DNA of 18,380 nucleotides from Thermoplasmata archaeon (GTDB lineage Archaea; Thermoplasmatota; Thermoplasmata; GCA-020350865): NCBI GenBank assembly GCA_020348445.1, contig CP070751.1, positions 1,204,823 to 1,223,202 of the forward strand, read 5' to 3'. Shown piece by piece: positions 16,801 to 18,380 of this stretch (position 1 is its first letter; each line of letters starts with the position of its first letter). The notes under the pieces were generated by a model. It saw only the letters and a program-made list of their open reading frames with translations, ran no database searches and was not told where the DNA came from. The position numbers and the translations under genes were made by a program.

Positions 16801-18380
16801 GTCGCCTGCGGTGATTGTATTGTGGTTGAACTCGAAATTGCCGAAATTCGCGCTGGCATTGTGGGACATTTCGTAAGCATTTTGAGTCCACTGAAAAAGT
16901 TCAATTCCATCCCCGGTCCCACTTGCATTAAAATAATTATCGTTCACAAGGACATTGCCTATCTGGACATAGGAATCATTGTACATCTGATAGGCGATCT
17001 GATAAAACTGATAAAAGTGCAGAGCATCCATGGTATCTGACCAGACATTGTTATTGGTGAACATGATACCGCCAATGTACGCCTGGCTATTACCGTCCAT
17101 ATTATATCCCAAACGGTACATCGAAAGATAAGCACCGTAATTGTTAATCGAGGAGAAGTTGTTATAAGAGATATCGATCCAACCCGTTGATACATACGAA
17201 AAATTGTATAAATTGTAACCTATTTGATCATACCAGAGAAGGAGACCAAATTGATCACGGCTTGACACTATATTATTTATAATTGACATATTTCCACCGG
17301 TAACACTTGAGGAGTCGGCCATGTTCAAGCCGTTTTTCATAAAATCGATGCCAATACCTCTGTTGCCAGTGACATTTACAACATTATTGATTATGAAAAA
17401 GTTACCGTACATCAAGTTTGAATTATCCGCCATATCATAGCCCCAGTTCTCGGACCAAACATGGATACCATAATAACCAGATAATATCGTATTGTCTTCG
17501 ATATTCCAGTTCCCAAGCGTAATAAAGGAGTCCCCTTGCGTACTACCTCCTATGTTAGTAAAAACTGAGTCGATTACATCACTGCTAGGACCACATTCAA
17601 GTATATTATCATTCAGAATGAAGTCTTTCATGGTCAAAACAGCACTGTCGCGCATATTAAAGCCGATATCGTCCACTACGAGCAATATACCGTCGTCAAA
17701 GGCCGTGATGTTGTTATTTATAAATAGGAAATTACCGAATGTGGCGGTTGCATTTCCCGCCATGTCTTTTGCAATATCCATGAGCCGAAAGCTAATACCG
17801 GCGGATGTTGTCGAGTTGATAGTATTGTAACTGATTGTAAAATCTCCCAAGGAAAACAAGGTATTGTTGTACAATGCATTTACCATATCCGCTATAGAGA
17901 TATATATTCCATCAAGTTGGGAAGTTATGTTGTTGGAATTCATGTTAAAATAACCCATTGTCATGCAGGCGTCGTTCAACATGAAGATGCCGTCATGATT
18001 CATATAGAGATATATTCCATTGCCACCGCTGAAGAGGTCGTTATTATCAATAATGACATTCCCAAATGATGTAGTTGAAAGGCCATACATGACCTCTCCG
18101 CAAAAGGTTCTCAACAGATAGATACCATGATTTGATGAGTTGACATTGTTGTTAGTAATAATAATGTCCCCAGAAGTTACCTGGGCATTGTCGTACAAGT
18201 AACTTCCGAAAACATCTGTCTCAAAATAGATACCGTACCTTCCTGCATTTATAATGTTCGAATCAAAGTAGTAATCACCGATATCAACCGAGGAATCATT
18301 ATACATATTGTAGGCGGTACTGACCATATATAGATTTATCCCATCGGCTGTGGCAGTAATGTTGTTTCTTGTGATAAGAA
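10882..18380 (-). CDS. Giant membrane-anchored surface protein (5'-partial, >2,498 aa): beta-solenoid repeats + Ig-like domains + TM + acidic tail
   Basis: The frame is open to the window edge (18378: LITRNNITATADGINLY precedes MVSTAY and is part of a repeat unit), so the true start is outside the window. Repeats 13960..18378; Ig-like domains 11320..13317; TM VLPFIIIVVIIIIVILLFLL at 11227..11286, followed by RKKK; many N-x-S/T sequons. Confidence 0.9.
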   Translation of the reverse strand, partial: LITRNNITATADGINLYMVSTAYNMYNDSSVDIGDYYFDSNIINAGRYGIYFETDVFGSYLYDNAQVTSGDIIITNNNVNSSNHGIYLLRTFCGEVMYGLSTTSFGNVIIDNNDLFSGGNGIYLYMNHDGIFMLNDACMTMGYFNMNSNNITSQLDGIYISIADMVNALYNNTLFSLGDFTISYNTINSTTSAGISFRLMDIAKDMAGNATATFGNFLFINNNITAFDDGILLVVDDIGFNMRDSAVLTMKDFILNDNILECGPSSDVIDSVFTNIGGSTQGDSFITLGNWNIEDNTILSGYYGIHVWSENWGYDMADNSNLMYGNFFIINNVVNVTGNRGIGIDFMKNGLNMADSSSVTGGNMSIINNIVSSRDQFGLLLWYDQIGYNLYNFSYVSTGWIDISYNNFSSINNYGAYLSMYRLGYNMDGNSQAYIGGIMFTNNNVWSDTMDALHFYQFYQIAYQMYNDSYVQIGNVLVNDNYFNASGTGDGIELFQWTQNAYEMSHNASANFGNFEFNHNTITAGDGGIIMSNMGYWGNYLRGDNQVTFGHFFLNDNIINNSNGYGIDFGDWYDMGKQIYGQSVFTMGDFEIAGNSISTIGFYGIYIYMDSWAWRVYDNAEVHFGNFLFSDNIVNSTGHGININAILYWGSDVHNNSLATFGNIEVNRNEIIAGSIPSGFYKGIYFLFYENGYEMFGNSSVNLGHIQLNDNNITCDDSHGIYINAYELAYTMTGTASATFGDLSVSNNIIESQNQGIYCQFEYAGYDMHDMSTFEMGSIIVLNNTITSGQDPASVDSYGILFLTQYVGYEMYNESQAIVGPILVNDNTVTVIFGTGTHANGIHINWISNYGANMYDTATFTMNGNIEVCRNTVNTTDGDEGIFCDIYNLGNYLYGENTASYGNFLFNDNTIIEAYNDGMRIEIGEIGYYTLGNSSVTMGSIQLNDNDVLLFNGGYYAGIELYLDKLGSSMYDGSIFNMGHVQMNDNIIYCVNGLGFEVSAYWLGYQMYNGSSAHFGDFEFLRNNITSKDWGIRFASFHDLAADLHNDSMVFFGNFLINNNVINTTDLGSDGISFDQPRYVGYQMYDQSHAELGYFEFNGNEIIVGSLADGIDFQPYNWAYYMYDSATFTIGDFSFIGNTITAGNNGIYFQPTYFGSYMYGNSSAHFGKNEIMHNTLNSTGGSGIESWWWENFGSHIYDYSYFEVGSCYIMFNNITSWSPTHYGIYTGPYYSGNYVSDESQAHFGDYIVSNNNIFSNGSYGIYFYYEGIGFYLDVLGLSECRAVVEVGEIRLESNIITVPQGTGIYFYGYDVAEELMDFASVNATGISIANNTITAFDYGIYFGMEYFGYNLWNESQANMGPVVIEKNNITCTNGTGIKCYIIDNAYNIHNDSRLSIEDIHLKQNTITASITGIDIVLDRCINIMDNSTVVFPGMMIVDNLVDSAFSAFNYTTVDTPRGVTGTPTLLVGDVIIQGNTFDGGLFGMLFEWQNPDPTVQQPVFHINECDIIGGSAGSKGLLLFNITDVFATQLTIDTFDYGIYSNNSVVHHMLNGSIANCAVLDISLYSASYLFMINSTFNNASVFFEDYDSLLEVAWFMNVLVQSQVALPVPEAIVAVADVDKTEIFNSTANSDGQAFFIICMEYQENITGIIKNFNDYTANATKSGAFGVATPNPTMDHTQLVIITLIDNIPPTIFSDNSDTSGTTGDPFYFEINASDNMGIVSVHVNYRPEGVVMYKNLTMNGTGPYWLYEDMLSDYVGLIEYYFTAVDSGGFWVNTTPTTVPITDNDAPTFVWVSQPMGGTTGEFVLVSIQATDNIGITYYKIDVDGMLYDLDKDGDYYNFTIDIPPDSITDIIYSIILNDSANNPNTIPGTTITVTDNDEPTYTWVLQPTTGLAGGTFTVSLIGTDNIGVTNYTITINGTTFDMVKDGDYYNYTFNIPIESTEDIPYNVTFKDNEGNSITTEDTVLTITSTDDEKPTYTWVLRPTTGTTGEHVLISLLATDNTGITYYRIIIDGALHEMSRDGDYYNYTLNIPSDSTASITYNITFSDWWGNDNITDDTTITVTDDDSPSYTWVLHPSTGTAGESVLVSLTALDNIGVTYYKINIDGTTYDMIKDGDYFNYTINIPPGSSASITYDVTFKDAAGNPITTDDTVITVTLPTDSEQPEFDWVLHPNAGTTGDSLLVSLHATDNVGITYYKISIDGTLYDLVKDGDYYNYTIHIPSDSLASITYFVVFNDSANNPNTATSTVITVTDDDPGSISNPASDTSGEKGKEFRFQIDVSDNIGVSEVKVWYWFGDDESKKKPLTLEESEGTYSGSITPEESGTLHYYFEVTDTAGNPFISDDYSVTIGTAEKEDEEEMNVLPFIIIVVIIIIVILLFLLTRKKKEAEEIPEVEEGLAEGEEEVAGEEAPEEIEEIEESYGEEEVEEELVGEEGYEEIEEPLEEEVIEEEVYDEDLRPEEEIVTEELDDEGPTELDDEPEGKTEEIEDTENREL
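11320..13317 (-). repeat. Seven tandem ~95-aa Ig/cadherin-like domains (five closely related)
   Basis: Units begin DNIPP, DNDAP, DNDEP, DDEKP, DDDSP, DSEQP and DDDPG. Units 2-6 share WVxxPxxG...TDNxGITYY.I..DG....KDGDYYNYT..IP. Confidence 0.85.
13960..18378 (-). repeat. At least 39 tandem 35-44-aa protein repeats (parallel beta-helix-like)
   Basis: Hand-parsed consensus xNxIx(S/T/A)xxxGIxxxxxxxGYxMYxxSxxxxGxFxxx. Repeats are diverged at the DNA level. Confidence 0.85.

Noticed and set aside
11414-17830. Short ORFs in other frames or on the opposite strand within the giant gene
   Set aside because: By-products of a long repetitive coding sequence, with no independent support.
18325-18327. 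ATG at 18327 as the start of the giant protein
   Set aside because: The frame stays open to the window edge and the upstream residues continue the repeat pattern. No signal peptide follows this Met.

Overview
Archaeal chromosomal window, most likely Thermoplasmatota. This is inferred from GGTGA/GGAG-type Shine-Dalgarno sites, TATA promoters, a stand-alone archaeal GMP synthase subunit A and the ValRS type. Gene order: small conserved PC4-like protein (-), valS (-), UbiA prenyltransferase 1 (-), B12-binding radical SAM enzyme (+), UbiA 2 (-, paralog of UbiA 1), UbiA 3 (+), guaAA (+), non-canonical aRF1-family factor with GGWSQ (+), Fic-domain protein (+), and a 5'-truncated giant (>2,498 aa) membrane-anchored surface protein (-). 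Three things stand out. (1) A compact cluster of three UbiA-family prenyltransferases around a cobalamin-dependent radical SAM enzyme is a candidate uncharacterised isoprenoid lipid or quinone pathway. (2) The fic gene sits in a 1,124-bp integrase-free cassette bounded by a ~45-bp direct repeat of the release-factor gene's 3' end (attL/attR-like), with two palindromic operators flanking its TATA box. (3) The giant protein has at least 39 unusually long (35-44 aa) beta-solenoid-type repeats, seven Ig/cadherin-like domains, a TM helix and a 51% acidic cytoplasmic tail. No rRNA, tRNA or CRISPR array was seen. All family assignments come from motifs read by eye, not from database searches.
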